Positions 1-10,700 of a stretch of DNA of 64,000 nucleotides are shown here, piece by piece. The stretch spans positions 288,001 through 352,000 of the forward strand of contig CAWCKY010000004.1 of NCBI GenBank assembly GCA_963796275.1, read 5' to 3'. The translations under genes were made by a program, and so were the position numbers. Source of the DNA: an uncultured Acidobacteriota bacterium. GTDB lineage: Bacteria; Acidobacteriota; Blastocatellia; RBC074. A model generated the notes under the pieces. That model saw only the letters and a program-made list of their open reading frames with translations. It did no database searches and was not told where the DNA came from. How positions within the stretch are numbered: the first letter of the stretch is position 1; every line of letters begins with the position of its first letter.

Positions 1-277
1 CAATGGTCAACTCGCCGATCGCTTCCCCGGCCAACCGGGCGCGCCATAAAGCCCAAAATCCCACGTTGCGCTCTTCCGGCATCACACATCTCAGCCAAGC
101 ATAGCCACGCGAGAGATTCCGCGTCGATGAAATGATGAGTATGAGAAGAAAGCCGGAACCGAGCGATCTGATGTGGGACCAGATCTGGGCCGGGCCCGTC
201 TCTCCAATGACGTAAATGAAAAGCGCAATTCCTATCAGAGCGGAGCCGAGGGCGAGAAAACGTGAGCGAAGCTTCAT
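1..277 (-). CDS. Lysylphosphatidylglycerol synthase TM-domain (flippase-like) membrane protein, 5' part; runs off the window start
   Basis: Hand translation from ATG at 277: MKLRSRFLALGSALIGIALFIYVIGETGPAQIWSHIRSLGSGFLLILIISSTRNLSRGYAWLRCV...RLAGEAIGELT. It is open to the edge and shows the family-like hydrophobic / R..W pattern. Confidence 0.65.
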   Translation of the reverse strand, partial: MKLRSRFLALGSALIGIALFIYVIGETGPAQIWSHIRSLGSGFLLILIISSTRNLSRGYAWLRCVMPEERNVGFWALWRARLAGEAIGELTI

Positions 278-282
278 TTATA

Positions 283-356
283 AACAGCTTTCAGTTTTCA
301 GTTTTCAGTTTTCAGTGCTGATCGAGGCAGTTCAGCTGAAAACTAAAAACTGAAAT
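283..356. repeat. Palindromic heptamer-repeat element (TTTTCAG)n...(CTGAAAA)n
   Basis: Tandem TTTTCAG units, spacer GCTGATCGAGGCAG, then inverted CTGAAAA/CTAAAAA units. A near-identical copy lies at 553-617. Confidence 0.8.
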
Positions 357-413
357 TAACTGCTCAGCCTCTTCGCCGCGTCAGCGGCGGTTGATTGTAG
401 CCGTGGGTTTTAA

Positions 414-514
414 CCCTTGCCATTACCCAAACTTTGCGCTAATGGTATCTCCGCCCCAACGTTGGGGCGGAGATCATATATTCAAAAAGCATAAAAGTTT
501 GGGTAATGGCAAGG
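414..514. mobile_element. MITE-like element inserted into a GTAG-type REP palindrome
   Basis: 21-bp inverted ends CCTTGCCATTACCCAAACTTT (415-435) and AAAGTTTGGGTAATGGCAAGG (494-514), TTTAA on both sides (409-413, 515-519), and a perfect internal 28-bp palindrome at 447-474. Confidence 0.7.
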
Positions 515-552
515 TTTAACCCGCGGTGGCGATAGATATTTTCTTCATTGAT

Positions 553-617
553 AAACAGTTTTCAGTTTTTAGTTTTCAGTTGCTGATCGAGACAGCTCAA
601 CTGAAAACCGAAAACTG
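553..617. repeat. Palindromic heptamer-repeat element
   Basis: AACAGTTTTCAGTTTTTAGTTTTCAG...GCTGATCGAGACAG...CTGAAAACCGAAAACTG, abutting the permease stop codon. Confidence 0.8.
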
Positions 618-1721
618 TTATTCATAACTCAGTGCATCTATCGGATCCTGGCTGGCCGCGCGCAACGCCGGATAGAGTGCGCCGAGAGCCCCGCTCAGCA
701 ACCCGGCGATTGAAGCGTATAAAATCGAGGCCGGTTCCAGATCGATCGTCCATCCGAGGAAAGTGACGAGAAAGAATCGCGCGATTACGGCCACCGCCAA
801 TCCGCCGATGACACCGAGCAGGCTGATCAAAATCGCCTCTTTCTCGAATGTCCAGGCGATCCAGAATTTCGACGCGCCGAGCGATTTGAGAATTCCGATC
901 TGGCGGGTGCGTTCCGAGACTGTCGAATACATTGTTAACAAAATGACGAGCAGGCTGATCACGGTCGCCAAGCCTCTGACTACGTCGAGAAAAACGTTGA
1001 AGGCGGCAAACCCGGTAACGAAAAGTTTGGGCAAATCGCGCGTGAAGATCACCCGGTAATCCGGGAATTTATCGACTATGCGCCGCGCAACCAGCTCCTG
1101 TTCATCGGGGTTCTGGCATTTGACGAAGACCATCGAACACTTGGCTTCCGCGCCCAGCGCCTCCTGCATCGTGGAAAGCGGCACCTTGATGCGCGGGCCG
1201 CTCTCGGGCTCATAGATGCCTACAATAGTAAAATCGCGTCCGAGGCCGTTGACCTTGTCGCCGAGCTTGGTTTTATTGTCCCTCGCGTATTGGACGTCGA
1301 CTATGGCGAAATCTCCGGAAGCGGGCAGGGGTTCCCCCTGGGTTATTCGCAATTTGCTGGCAGCGGTAAAACTGTCGAATTCAATGCCATCAATCTGGCG
1401 AACTCCGAGTCCGCCCTCCCCTCCCATCTCCAGTTTCTGGCCCACCGGCGTGACTGCGGCAATTCCCGGAATGGAGCGAAAGCCGTCGATCTCACTCACT
1501 GGAATGATCATATCCGCCGAAGTGAACGAAAGTCCCTGACCGCCCTGGCGAAGCATTATTTCGATTCCGATATTGGCGTCACGCATTCCACGTTCACGCA
1601 ACAATCCGCGCACCAGACCGACCGTCATAACGATCAGGATGACCCCGACGGCGACGCCTAGAATGCTAGCGAATGTGCGGCCGGGGTGATGAGTTAAATT
1701 CGATGTTACAAGGTTATTCAT
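618..1721 (-). CDS. ABC transporter permease, MacB/FtsX family
   Basis: N-terminal TM, periplasmic domain, then V.ERTRQIGILKSLGAS and C-terminal YPALRAA..DPI.AL motifs. Confidence 0.9.
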   Translation of the reverse strand: MNNLVTSNLTHHPGRTFASILGVAVGVILIVMTVGLVRGLLRERGMRDANIGIEIMLRQGGQGLSFTSADMIIPVSEIDGFRSIPGIAAVTPVGQKLEMGGEGGLGVRQIDGIEFDSFTAASKLRITQGEPLPASGDFAIVDVQYARDNKTKLGDKVNGLGRDFTIVGIYEPESGPRIKVPLSTMQEALGAEAKCSMVFVKCQNPDEQELVARRIVDKFPDYRVIFTRDLPKLFVTGFAAFNVFLDVVRGLATVISLLVILLTMYSTVSERTRQIGILKSLGASKFWIAWTFEKEAILISLLGVIGGLAVAVIARFFLVTFLGWTIDLEPASILYASIAGLLSGALGALYPALRAASQDPIDALSYE

Positions 1722-1831
1722 TATTTTTTATGGCATTCAGGATAAATATCATTCGATCTTGACCCAGAGGTGGGAGCGAGCGGGCCATTCCCCACCCCGA
1801 TACATCTTTATCCCTTCCTTCAGGTGGGAAA

Positions 1832-4504
1832 TCAAGCTGCTCGATTTATCAACATTTTCTCAATGATGGCTGGCGCGGCTTTCAATGTTTCATCGAGCTT
1901 TTCAGGCAAAGCGCCGCCCTCAGCCAGGTCCGGCTTTCCTCCGCCTTTTTTGCCGCTGATCGCCGTCAGCTCTTTTATCACATCGCCCGCCCGTAGGCGG
2001 CTGGTCGCATCCTTTGAAACCATCACAACCAGAGAGGCCGTACCGTTGGCGACTTCTCCGAGTACCACCACCCCGGGCGCAATCCGCTTGGTGAGCGAAT
2101 CGGCGAGCTGGCGCCGCCCGTCCTTGCCCAAATTATCGACTTTGAGAACTTTGACTTTGATCCCATCGATCTCTGTCACTTTTTCATCAGACGGCGCGGC
2201 TACTCCCTGCGCGAGTTTCAGTTTCAGCCGTTCGATCTCGCGCTGCTGCTCACGCAGTTGAGTCTGCAGTCGCTCAACCTCGCCCGGTAAACTGCGCGGC
2301 GCTGTATTGAGTCGCGCCGCCGTCTCGGTAAGCAGCGACTCGGCCTGCTGAAAACGCTCATATGCGCCCTTGCCCGTCACCGCTTCTATGCGGCGTGTGC
2401 CCGAGGCGATCGAAGCATCGGAAATGATCTTGAACGCCCCGATGTCGCCGGTCGCATTGACATGCGTCCCTCCGCAAAGCTCGGAAGAAAACCCGGGCAC
2501 GCTGACGACGCGTACGTTTTCGCCGTACTTTTCACCGAAAAGCGCTATCGCTCCGCTCTGCACCGCTTCATCGAACGACATCTCCTCCTTCGAGACGCCG
2601 ATATTTTTGAGCGTCTCGTTATTGACGAGCCGCTCGATCTCCCCGATCTCTTCGGACGTCAAGGGGGCGAAATGCGTAAAGTCGAATCGCAGGCGATCCG
2701 GCGCAACCAGCGAGCCAGCCTGTGTAACGTGTGGGCCCAGGACTTGTTGCAAGGCCGCCTGCAGCAAATGCGTCGCTGTATGATTAGCCATGGTCCGCGC
2801 ACGTTTCTCCGCATCGACATGCGCGTCGACCTTATCGCCGATCTTCAATTTGCCCTGTTCGACTGTAACGTTGTGGGCTATCACGTCGGGCGCCGGCGAT
2901 CGTGTGTCGGTCACCAGTAGCCGCGCGTCTTCGTTCTCGAGAATCCCGGTATCGCCGATCTGCCCGCCCGACTCGGCGTAAAATGGCGTGCGATCCAGCA
3001 CGACCTCAGCTTGATCGCCCGCGACGAGCTCATCGACCGCCTTGCCATTTCTGATCAGGGCGGTAACTCTCCCTCCCGCCAGATCGGTCCCCGAGTAACC
3101 CGTGAAGATCGAGCGGCCCTCGATGCGCTGGTAAGCCGGGTTTATTTGCCTGGCGGCGCCTCCCCTCCAGCTTTCACGCGCCCGCTGGCGCTGCTTCTCC
3201 ATCTCGGCCTCAAATCCCGCTATATCGATCTGAAAACCTTGTTGCTCGGCAACGTATTCAATCAAATCCAAACGCAGACCATAAGTGTCATAGAGCTTGA
3301 AAACGTCAGTTCCCGAGATGGTCTTCCCGCCCGTCTTCTTCATCACGTCATCGAGGACTTTCAGCCCGACACCGACCGTCGAGCTGTAGCTCTTCTCTTC
3401 TTTCTGTACGATCCGCTCGATATTTCCCCGGCTCTGCCGCAGCTCAGGATAAGCGTCTCCGAAAAGTTCGATAACGTAGTTGGTAACCTTATAGAAGAAG
3501 AGATCCTTTAATCCCAGCTTGTTGCCGTGCCAGATGGCGCGTCGCATGATCTTTCGCAGCACGTAACCGCGTTGGTCGTTGCCGGGGAAGACGCTATCGG
3601 CGATCAGAAATGCGGCGGCACGCGCATGATCGGCTATGACGCGCATCGAGATGCTCTCTTCGCTGTCATCATAAATATATTTTCGGCCGGCGAGGTTCGC
3701 GGTGAAATCTATGATCGGTCGGATCAGATCGGTCTCGAAGTTTGACTTCACCCCCTGGAGCACTGCGGTAACGCGCTCCAGTCCGGCGCCCGTATCGACA
3801 GACGGTGCGGGCAGCGGGTCGAGTCTGTAGCTACCGGGTTCGACCTCGATCCGGTTGTATTGCATAAACACGAGGTTCCACAGCTCTACCGTGACATCGC
3901 CCGGGCCGTTGACGTACTCGGCGCGGTTGAACTCGGGGTCCTCCGGGTGCTCGCCCAGGTAATAGTTGATCTCCGAATTTGGGCCGCATGGTCCGGTTTC
4001 CGCCATCTGCCAGAAATTGTCTTTCCGGCCGAAACGCAATATGCGCTCCGGGCGTGCGCCGAATTTGACCCACAATCGGGCAGCCTCATCGTCGGCGGGA
4101 ACCTCATCGTCCCCCTTGAAGACGGTAAACCACATTCTTTCGGGATCGAGTTTGTATTCGTTGACGAGCAGATCCCAGGCGAAACGGATGGCATCTTCTT
4201 TGAAGTAGTCGCCGAACGAGAAGTTGCCGAGCATCTCGAAGAATGTATGATGACGCGCGGTCTTTCCCACCTCGTCGAGGTCGTTGTGCTTGCCGCCTGC
4301 GCGCACGACCTTCTGGGACGTGGTGGCGCGCTTGTAATCGCGTTTCTCGATCCCTAGGAATACATCCTTGAACTGATTCATACCGGCGTTCGCGAAGAGC
4401 AGGGTGGGGTCGTTCGCCGGAAGCAGCGGAGACGATTTGACGATCTTATGCCCGTTTTTGGCAAAATAATTGAGGAAAATGTTTCTAACTTCGTTACCTG
4501 TCAT
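1832..4504 (-). CDS. alaS: Alanine--tRNA ligase
   Basis: DPTLLFANAGMNQFK, HHTFFEMLGNFSFGDYFK, editing motifs HTATHLL and ELCGGTH, C-Ala GGGKP. Start placed at MTGNEVR (4504). Confidence 0.98.
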   Translation of the reverse strand: MTGNEVRNIFLNYFAKNGHKIVKSSPLLPANDPTLLFANAGMNQFKDVFLGIEKRDYKRATTSQKVVRAGGKHNDLDEVGKTARHHTFFEMLGNFSFGDYFKEDAIRFAWDLLVNEYKLDPERMWFTVFKGDDEVPADDEAARLWVKFGARPERILRFGRKDNFWQMAETGPCGPNSEINYYLGEHPEDPEFNRAEYVNGPGDVTVELWNLVFMQYNRIEVEPGSYRLDPLPAPSVDTGAGLERVTAVLQGVKSNFETDLIRPIIDFTANLAGRKYIYDDSEESISMRVIADHARAAAFLIADSVFPGNDQRGYVLRKIMRRAIWHGNKLGLKDLFFYKVTNYVIELFGDAYPELRQSRGNIERIVQKEEKSYSSTVGVGLKVLDDVMKKTGGKTISGTDVFKLYDTYGLRLDLIEYVAEQQGFQIDIAGFEAEMEKQRQRARESWRGGAARQINPAYQRIEGRSIFTGYSGTDLAGGRVTALIRNGKAVDELVAGDQAEVVLDRTPFYAESGGQIGDTGILENEDARLLVTDTRSPAPDVIAHNVTVEQGKLKIGDKVDAHVDAEKRARTMANHTATHLLQAALQQVLGPHVTQAGSLVAPDRLRFDFTHFAPLTSEEIGEIERLVNNETLKNIGVSKEEMSFDEAVQSGAIALFGEKYGENVRVVSVPGFSSELCGGTHVNATGDIGAFKIISDASIASGTRRIEAVTGKGAYERFQQAESLLTETAARLNTAPRSLPGEVERLQTQLREQQREIERLKLKLAQGVAAPSDEKVTEIDGIKVKVLKVDNLGKDGRRQLADSLTKRIAPGVVVLGEVANGTASLVVMVSKDATSRLRAGDVIKELTAISGKKGGGKPDLAEGGALPEKLDETLKAAPAIIEKMLINRAA

Positions 4505-4771
4505 ATGTCTATTTATAGCACTTTTATGGCCCTTTATAGCGCCGAATCTGATCATCGATTGAAAAGGCTAACAGTAATGTCCGGGGCTATTCTTTGTCAA
4601 ATTGAGTTTCCTTCACCGATAAAATCAGCGAAAGAGAAAGTGCCGAGCCGGGCAGAAACAGCTCATCCGCAGTCGTTTGTGTCTTTTTTGCGATTTTTGT
4701 GATGAAATGTCGGTTGAGATTAGGCCGAAAATTTAATGCAACCACCCATTTCACTAACTGAGGAAATCGGT

Positions 4772-5377
4772 ATGTCAGACAAGAACACTCTCTCTGAACG
4801 ACAACGCGGACTCGAAACCGAGTATTTTCGAAAAAAAGAACAGGAATTGATTGAGAAGATGCGCCGCCGGACGGAACTCGCGGAAGATCGCCAACAGATG
4901 GCCGAAGCCACCGGTGTGGCTGATCAGGAAGTCCTCGAAGCATTGCAGGAGCTCGGGTATACGGCGATGACGATCAGGCTCATGCCGATCGTCCCGCTGG
5001 TGCAAGTTGCATGGGCCGAAGGTGGCGTCACCGCGAATGAGCGTAAATTGCTACTCGAGATCGCAGAGGCGCGCGGCATCACTCCCGAAACGCCCGCTTA
5101 TGACCAGTTGATTGGATGGCTCGAGCGCGAGCCGCCACAGGACTTCTATGACAACACTCTGCGCGGCCTGCGCATACTGCTCCACGCAATTCCGGACGAT
5201 CTTCGCGAAGCCAGCCGGCAGAGCCTGGTCGAGTATTGCGCCCAGATCGCCGAGGTCTCCGGTGGAATCCTGGGTTTCGGGAAGTTCTCAGATGACGAAC
5301 GACGATTGATCGCACGAATTGCCACTGAAATCGGTCAGTCGCGTGAAAAAGCCGTGAAGAAGGTGATTGGGGACTAG
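4772..5377 (+). CDS. TerB-like fold protein with an N-terminal charged helix (paralog 1)
   Basis: VAWAEGGV...ER and GG.LGFGK.SD.ER resemble TerB motifs. GAGG precedes the ATG at 4772. Confidence 0.7.
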   Translation: MSDKNTLSERQRGLETEYFRKKEQELIEKMRRRTELAEDRQQMAEATGVADQEVLEALQELGYTAMTIRLMPIVPLVQVAWAEGGVTANERKLLLEIAEARGITPETPAYDQLIGWLEREPPQDFYDNTLRGLRILLHAIPDDLREASRQSLVEYCAQIAEVSGGILGFGKFSDDERRLIARIATEIGQSREKAVKKVIGD

Positions 5378-5459
5378 TTTTCAGTTTTTAGTTTTTAGTT
5401 GAGAGATTCTTGATTCACAACTGACAACTGGTTTCCGAGGAGGTAAGGAGGAGGTAATT

Positions 5460-6059
5460 ATGTCCGATAGAGACATCTTCGCCGAACGCGAACACTGGCT
5501 TGAGGAGGAATATTTTCGCAAGAAGAATCAGGAGCTGATCGAAAAGCTCCATCGCCAACAGGCGCGCGAGGCCGAACATCAGCAGATTGCGCAGGTCATC
5601 AACGTCTCAGATCAGGAGGTGATAGGCGCACTACAGGATCTGGGCTATACCCCTGAGACGGTGCACCTGCTCTATCTCATCCCGCTTATTCAGGTCGCCT
5701 GGTCCGAGGGCGGATTGGCGGATCGCGAGCGCGCGACGATCTTAAAGGTGGCGGAGACGCACGGCGTCGTTTCCGGCAGCCCTGCGCGTCAGCAATTGAC
5801 CGAATGGCTCACTCTCAAGCCTTCGGAAAAATTTTTCGAAGATAACCTGCGCGCCATCCGAGTTATATTCGAATCCCTGCCTCCCGAGCAGCGAGATATC
5901 AGGCGGCGCGACCTGATCGATTCATGCAATAAAATTGCCTCCATCGTCGAAGGCGGCATTATGGGCCGCGCGCAGATTTCCGACGCCGAGCATATACTGA
6001 TAACGCATATTGCGATGGAAATCGGGCATCGGCCCAATGCCGGTACACACCAGCGCTAA
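5460..6059 (+). CDS. TerB-like fold protein with an N-terminal charged helix (paralog 2)
   Basis: Colinear paralog of 4772-5377 (EYFRKK.QELIEK, LQ.LGYT, QVAW.EGG) with a strong GGAGG RBS. Confidence 0.7.
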   Translation: MSDRDIFAEREHWLEEEYFRKKNQELIEKLHRQQAREAEHQQIAQVINVSDQEVIGALQDLGYTPETVHLLYLIPLIQVAWSEGGLADRERATILKVAETHGVVSGSPARQQLTEWLTLKPSEKFFEDNLRAIRVIFESLPPEQRDIRRRDLIDSCNKIASIVEGGIMGRAQISDAEHILITHIAMEIGHRPNAGTHQR

Positions 6060-9000
6060 AATACAAATCGCAGCGAAAACTGCATCAATCGCGGCGAACG
6101 CGCTTCTATAACTTTGCCAAACCGCTCATCCACCTGAACGCCCGAGGCATCGAACTGAGCGTCGGTGTCCACGTTCGAAAACTGCGTGTGGTTGAAGACA
6201 TTGTAAATCTCCCAGCGCAATTGCAGTGAGGTTCTCTCCCCTTTGAGAGGGATGTTTTTGAAGAGGGAGATGTCCCAGTTGTTCGTTCCCGGCAAACGAA
6301 TTACGTCTTTCGGCGCATTGCCGAAATCGCCTCTGGCCGGAAGCGCGATAGCCGACGTGTTGAACCAGCGATCGATATTGCGTTCGCCGCGCGGCAGAAT
6401 CGGATTACCGGTGAGCACGAGGCGCGCGCCATCACCGCCGCCGGTTATATCGGCGTTGTCGATGGTCGAATAGCCGATGCCTCTGGGCGTGCCGCTGGCG
6501 AAAGATGTGATCCCGGAAATCTGCCAGTTATCGAACACGTGACGGATGACGCGCTTGTTCCACAGCAGGCTGGGCTCAGGCAAATCCCACGTGTAGTTGA
6601 TCACCATCACGTGCGTTTGATCGAAACCGAGCGCCTTGCCATAGTTCCAGGATCCTATGCGGGCGAATCGAAGCTAGACCATCTCGATCGCCATCGGCAT
6701 AGTTCATCGTCTTCGACCAGGTATATGCGACGCCGAACTGCAGGCCGCGCGTGAAACGGCGGTTGGCCGACATCTGCAACGCGTTATAGTTCGAGATGCC
6801 GGCATTTTCATAATAGGTGATGCCTCCATACCCGGGGTAAGGGCGCAGGAAATCATCCCGCAGCACGATGCCATCGACAATGTTCTGCGGCTGGAACCGC
6901 GCGCCGTACGGGACCGGATTTATGTTGCGGTTCTGCTGCAGATGCCTGCTCACCGATCCCACGTATGCGATGTCTACGACAGTCCCGGACCCGACATCCC
7001 GCTGAACTCCCAGCGTGTAGTTGTAGGTCACCGGCGTCGGAGCGTCGGGGTCGAAGCCCGTCACGCTGCTCGGAAATAGCACGCCGGTAGACGAAAGCAG
7101 CATTTCGAGGTTCCCATTGAATATGCGCGGATTATCCGATATCGGCGGATTGCGTGAGACGTCATTCCATATCGCATTCGCGCTCACCCGCGTTTGATTG
7201 AATACGCCGACGCTCCCGCGGACCGCCGTTTTCCCGTCTCCGTTTATATCCCAGGCGAACCCGAAGCGCGGTTGTACCAGGACCGGCTGTTGGTTCCTGA
7301 ACCCGCGCGGGTAACCACCGTCAGTCCCGAGGACCATCCCGTTGTAAGGATCACCTGTACCAGGCACGAACGCGCCGATGAGTATGGCCGGCAAAGTGGA
7401 ATCCCCGGTTATCGGATCGCGCGCTCGCTGGCTGTCGGACGGACATTCTTCGCTGGCTGGCACCGCGACAGCACATGTCGGCTCATAGAACAGCGGGGCC
7501 CTGGAGGGGTCGTATCGATCCAGCGAAAATGCCGCTGATTTGACCGTGCTCTGATACCACTGATTGTACCAGGCGAAGCGCACGCCGTATTCGAGGCTGA
7601 ACCTGCGAGTCGCCTTCCACGAATCCTGCACGAACCACTCGACCAGACTCTGTCGTCCCTCGCCGCTGGGCCGGCTCGTCGATTCAGTATACGAACTGAA
7701 ATTGCCCAGAATGGCGTTCGCGTATGCATAGCCTGAATCTAACGGGTTATTGACGTTGCTGCCGAAGCTGAGTTCGCCGGCAAAAGTCGCGGTCGCGCCT
7801 TCGTAATTTCGGACTCGCTCAACATAGATGCCCGCCTTCAAGGTGTGCGAGCCGCGAATGAGCGATACTGTGTCGGTAAAGGAGATGAAGGTATCGGCGC
7901 CGCGCAGCGGTGTCCGGCCATCGTAGGTGATCTCCGCAGCATTTAAGATTCCTGAGAATCCGACGACGCGTGGGATGATGCTCAGCGGATTGAGCTCGGG
8001 GTGAAATTGACCGAGCGTAATGCCGTATGTATCCCTCTGCAATTTTGCCAGTTCGTTGTTATCGATCGGCGGTCCCTTCTCAACGCTGTGGCGCACGCCG
8101 AGCGAGGCTTCGTTCACGAGCTGCGGCGAAAAGATGTGCGTCCAGTTGCCCGTAATGCCATTGTCGGTAAATGTGTAATGCAAGCCGGCCAATCCCCAAT
8201 TGGAAGTCCCGGCCGGCACGGCGATGCCCTGATTGTCGGCGTACCACGTCGAGCCGCGTACATAGAAACTGTCCTTCTCCGAAGGCCGGTAATCGGTGCG
8301 AAAGAGATGCTGCCGTTTGGGTACCTTGATGCTCTCCTGGAACAGGTAATTGTAATTACCATTTGTGATGCTGCGATCCAAGGCATTCGGCAGCGGAAAG
8401 ATATTGAGGATCGCTTGACCGTTCTTGTTAATCAGCTCGGTGGGAATGATGTTCCCGGCGAAGGTTCCTCCGTCCGGGTTGCGGATAGACACGGGACTCT
8501 GCGAGAAATCTCCATTGCGTTCGCGCTCGGTGGGAACGGTCACTTGCCGCAGCCCCTGCGGATTTAAGGTCTGCGAGTCCTCGAAGGAATAAAAGAAGAA
8601 GAGCTTCTCCTTCAGTTTGTCGGTTACTTTGGGAATCCAGACCGGTCCTCCGAGAGTGAAACCGAGCGTGCCGAAACGGTAGCGCGGCTTGGGAACCGGG
8701 CCAGTCTCTCCGGTGAGCGGCGATAAGACTATATTACTGTTGTTGAAGAAATTGTTGGCGTTGAATTGCTCGTGGCGTTTGTAATAGTAGCCGCTGCCGT
8801 GGAATTGGTTGCTCCCGGATTTCGTAATGATATTGATATTGGCGGAAGAATTGCCCCCATATTCCGCCTGAAAACTGTTGAGCAGCACCTTGACCTCGCC
8901 GATCGCGTCAAAATTGATCGTGCTGCTGAATACTTCGGGGCTTCCCAGATCATTCCCGCGCACGCCATCCACGCTCATCGTATTCCACGTACTGCGGCCG

Positions 9001-9569
9001 CCCTGAATGTTGGGCGTGCTGCTGCCATAGCCGCCGCCAGCCGATTCGCTCTGCCCCTGGAGCGATACTCCGGGGAGTATGCGCAGCAGCGATGTCACGT
9101 CGCGTCCGCGAATCGAGACCAGCTCAAGTTGACGCGATGATATCAAAGCCGAATGTTCCGTGCTTTCTGTCTGCACCGGAGTGCCTTCCGCCTGGGTTGT
9201 GACAGTCTCGCTGAGCTCACCGACCTTCAGCGACAATTCTCCCACTGAGAGATGTTCGTTGACCGTCAATACATTTCCTTGCCGCTCGAAGCTGCTGAAA
9301 CCGCGATACTCTACCTTGATCGTGTAGTTGCCCGGTTGTACGGCCGTAAAGACGAAATCACCCGATTCGCTGGTCGTGACGTTTCGCGCGCTCTTGGTCC
9401 GCTCATTGATGATGGAGACCGCAGCCCCCGCAAGAGCCCCTCCCGAAGCATCTACAACTGTCCCGGAGATGGTTCCGGTCACTGTCTGCGCCCAGCCCGG
9501 GGCGCTCGCCGTTACCGCCAGAATCAATGCGACAAGATAAAACGAAAACTTCTTCTTATATGTAGACAT
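6056..9569 (-). pseudogene. TonB-dependent transporter (CarboxypepD_reg-like N-domain, Oar-like) with a frameshift near 6650-6655; pseudogene or sequencing error
   Basis: The 997-aa ORF loses family character after DGDRDG. Removing one base in ATCCTGG restores ...RIWNYGKALGFDQTHVMVINYTW..., which continues to the barrel-type end MQFSLRFVF at 6056. Confidence 0.75.
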
Positions 9570-9745
9570 GGCCTCAATCCCCCCTGTGACAGTGGAGCAG
9601 TTCTCTAACCCGCCTCTGCCTATAAAATTCTGCTGGCAGGGAAAAAACCCAGCTCCTACATTTTTATTGTTTCGAAATTGCCGCCCGCAAAGATCGCGAA
9701 GATATAGACGGCCTAACTGCTTTCATTCTTGCAATGAGACTATAT

Positions 9746-9756
9746 TGGTTATACCA
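9746..9756. promoter_or_regulatory. Putative FadR/GntR-family operator TGGT-N3-ACCA
   Basis: TGGTTATACCA lies in the divergent TBDT/gntR spacer, with a weaker copy TGGTGTAACCT at 9942-9952. It resembles the LldR/PdhR-type palindrome. Confidence 0.5.
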
Positions 9757-9965
9757 CTGGAAAGATGGTGTGGCTTATGACATGATGGGTGATGAGGGTC
9801 AAGGCAGCTGACGGAAAGAGACGAAAGGCGAGGATAGCTGATCAGCAATGATGACGGGGCGCCGTCTCTCCCTATTGCCCATTTTTACCGCTTGACACGA
9901 TGGCGTTATAGGTGATACAGGGATGTGGCTCCCAAATGAAGTGGTGTAACCTCTTGGGTCACAAT

Positions 9966-10700
9966 ATGATCAAAACGAAGGGTTCGACGTTTCGCCGCCA
10001 ACAGCCGGCACGTAATGGGCCGACGGCAGAGCAGGTGGTAGAGCAGATCCGCGCACTGATCGGGCGCGGCGAACTGCACCCCGGCGACCGCCTCCCGGCC
10101 GAGCGCGAGTTGGCGAAACAACTTGGTATTAGCCGTCCATCCCTGCGCGCCGGCCTGCGCATGCTGGTGGCGATGGGTCTGCTGCGCGCCCGGCACGGAT
10201 CGGGAACATTCATCGCCGATGGCCCGCCGGCGTTGGGCAGCGAACAGCTCAGTCTGCTCGCCGAGCTGCACGGCTTCACATTCGATCAGATGTTCGAGGC
10301 CCGGTGCGTGCTTGAAGTTCAGATAGCCGGGCTGGCGGCCGAACGAGCGACAGCCGAGCATCTGGCGACTATCGCGGAGGAAGTGGCGAATATGTACGCC
10401 ACGCTCAATGACCCTCAGCAATATCTGATTCACGACATCCGCTTTCACCGCGCCATCGCCGCGGCGTCTAACAATCCGATTCTGGCTACGATCGTCGAGA
10501 TGGTCTCGGCTGTCATGTATGATCGGCGGCGCGAGACGATCGGTCGCGCCCACGATTTTAAAGAGTCGATCGATATGCATCAGCGGATATATCGCACGAT
10601 CCGCACGCATAAACCTGATGAAGCGCGCGCGGCGATGCATGAACACCTGGTCCTCGCACAGAAGGCATATAGCACGGAAAAAGACGAAGATGCGCCTTGA
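9966..10700 (+). CDS. GntR/FadR-family transcriptional regulator
   Basis: wHTH motif PGDRLPAERELAKQLGISRPSLR..L...G.GTF and FCD domain D.RFH.AIA.AS.N. The start is uncertain. Confidence 0.92.
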   Translation: MIKTKGSTFRRQQPARNGPTAEQVVEQIRALIGRGELHPGDRLPAERELAKQLGISRPSLRAGLRMLVAMGLLRARHGSGTFIADGPPALGSEQLSLLAELHGFTFDQMFEARCVLEVQIAGLAAERATAEHLATIAEEVANMYATLNDPQQYLIHDIRFHRAIAAASNNPILATIVEMVSAVMYDRRRETIGRAHDFKESIDMHQRIYRTIRTHKPDEARAAMHEHLVLAQKAYSTEKDEDAP

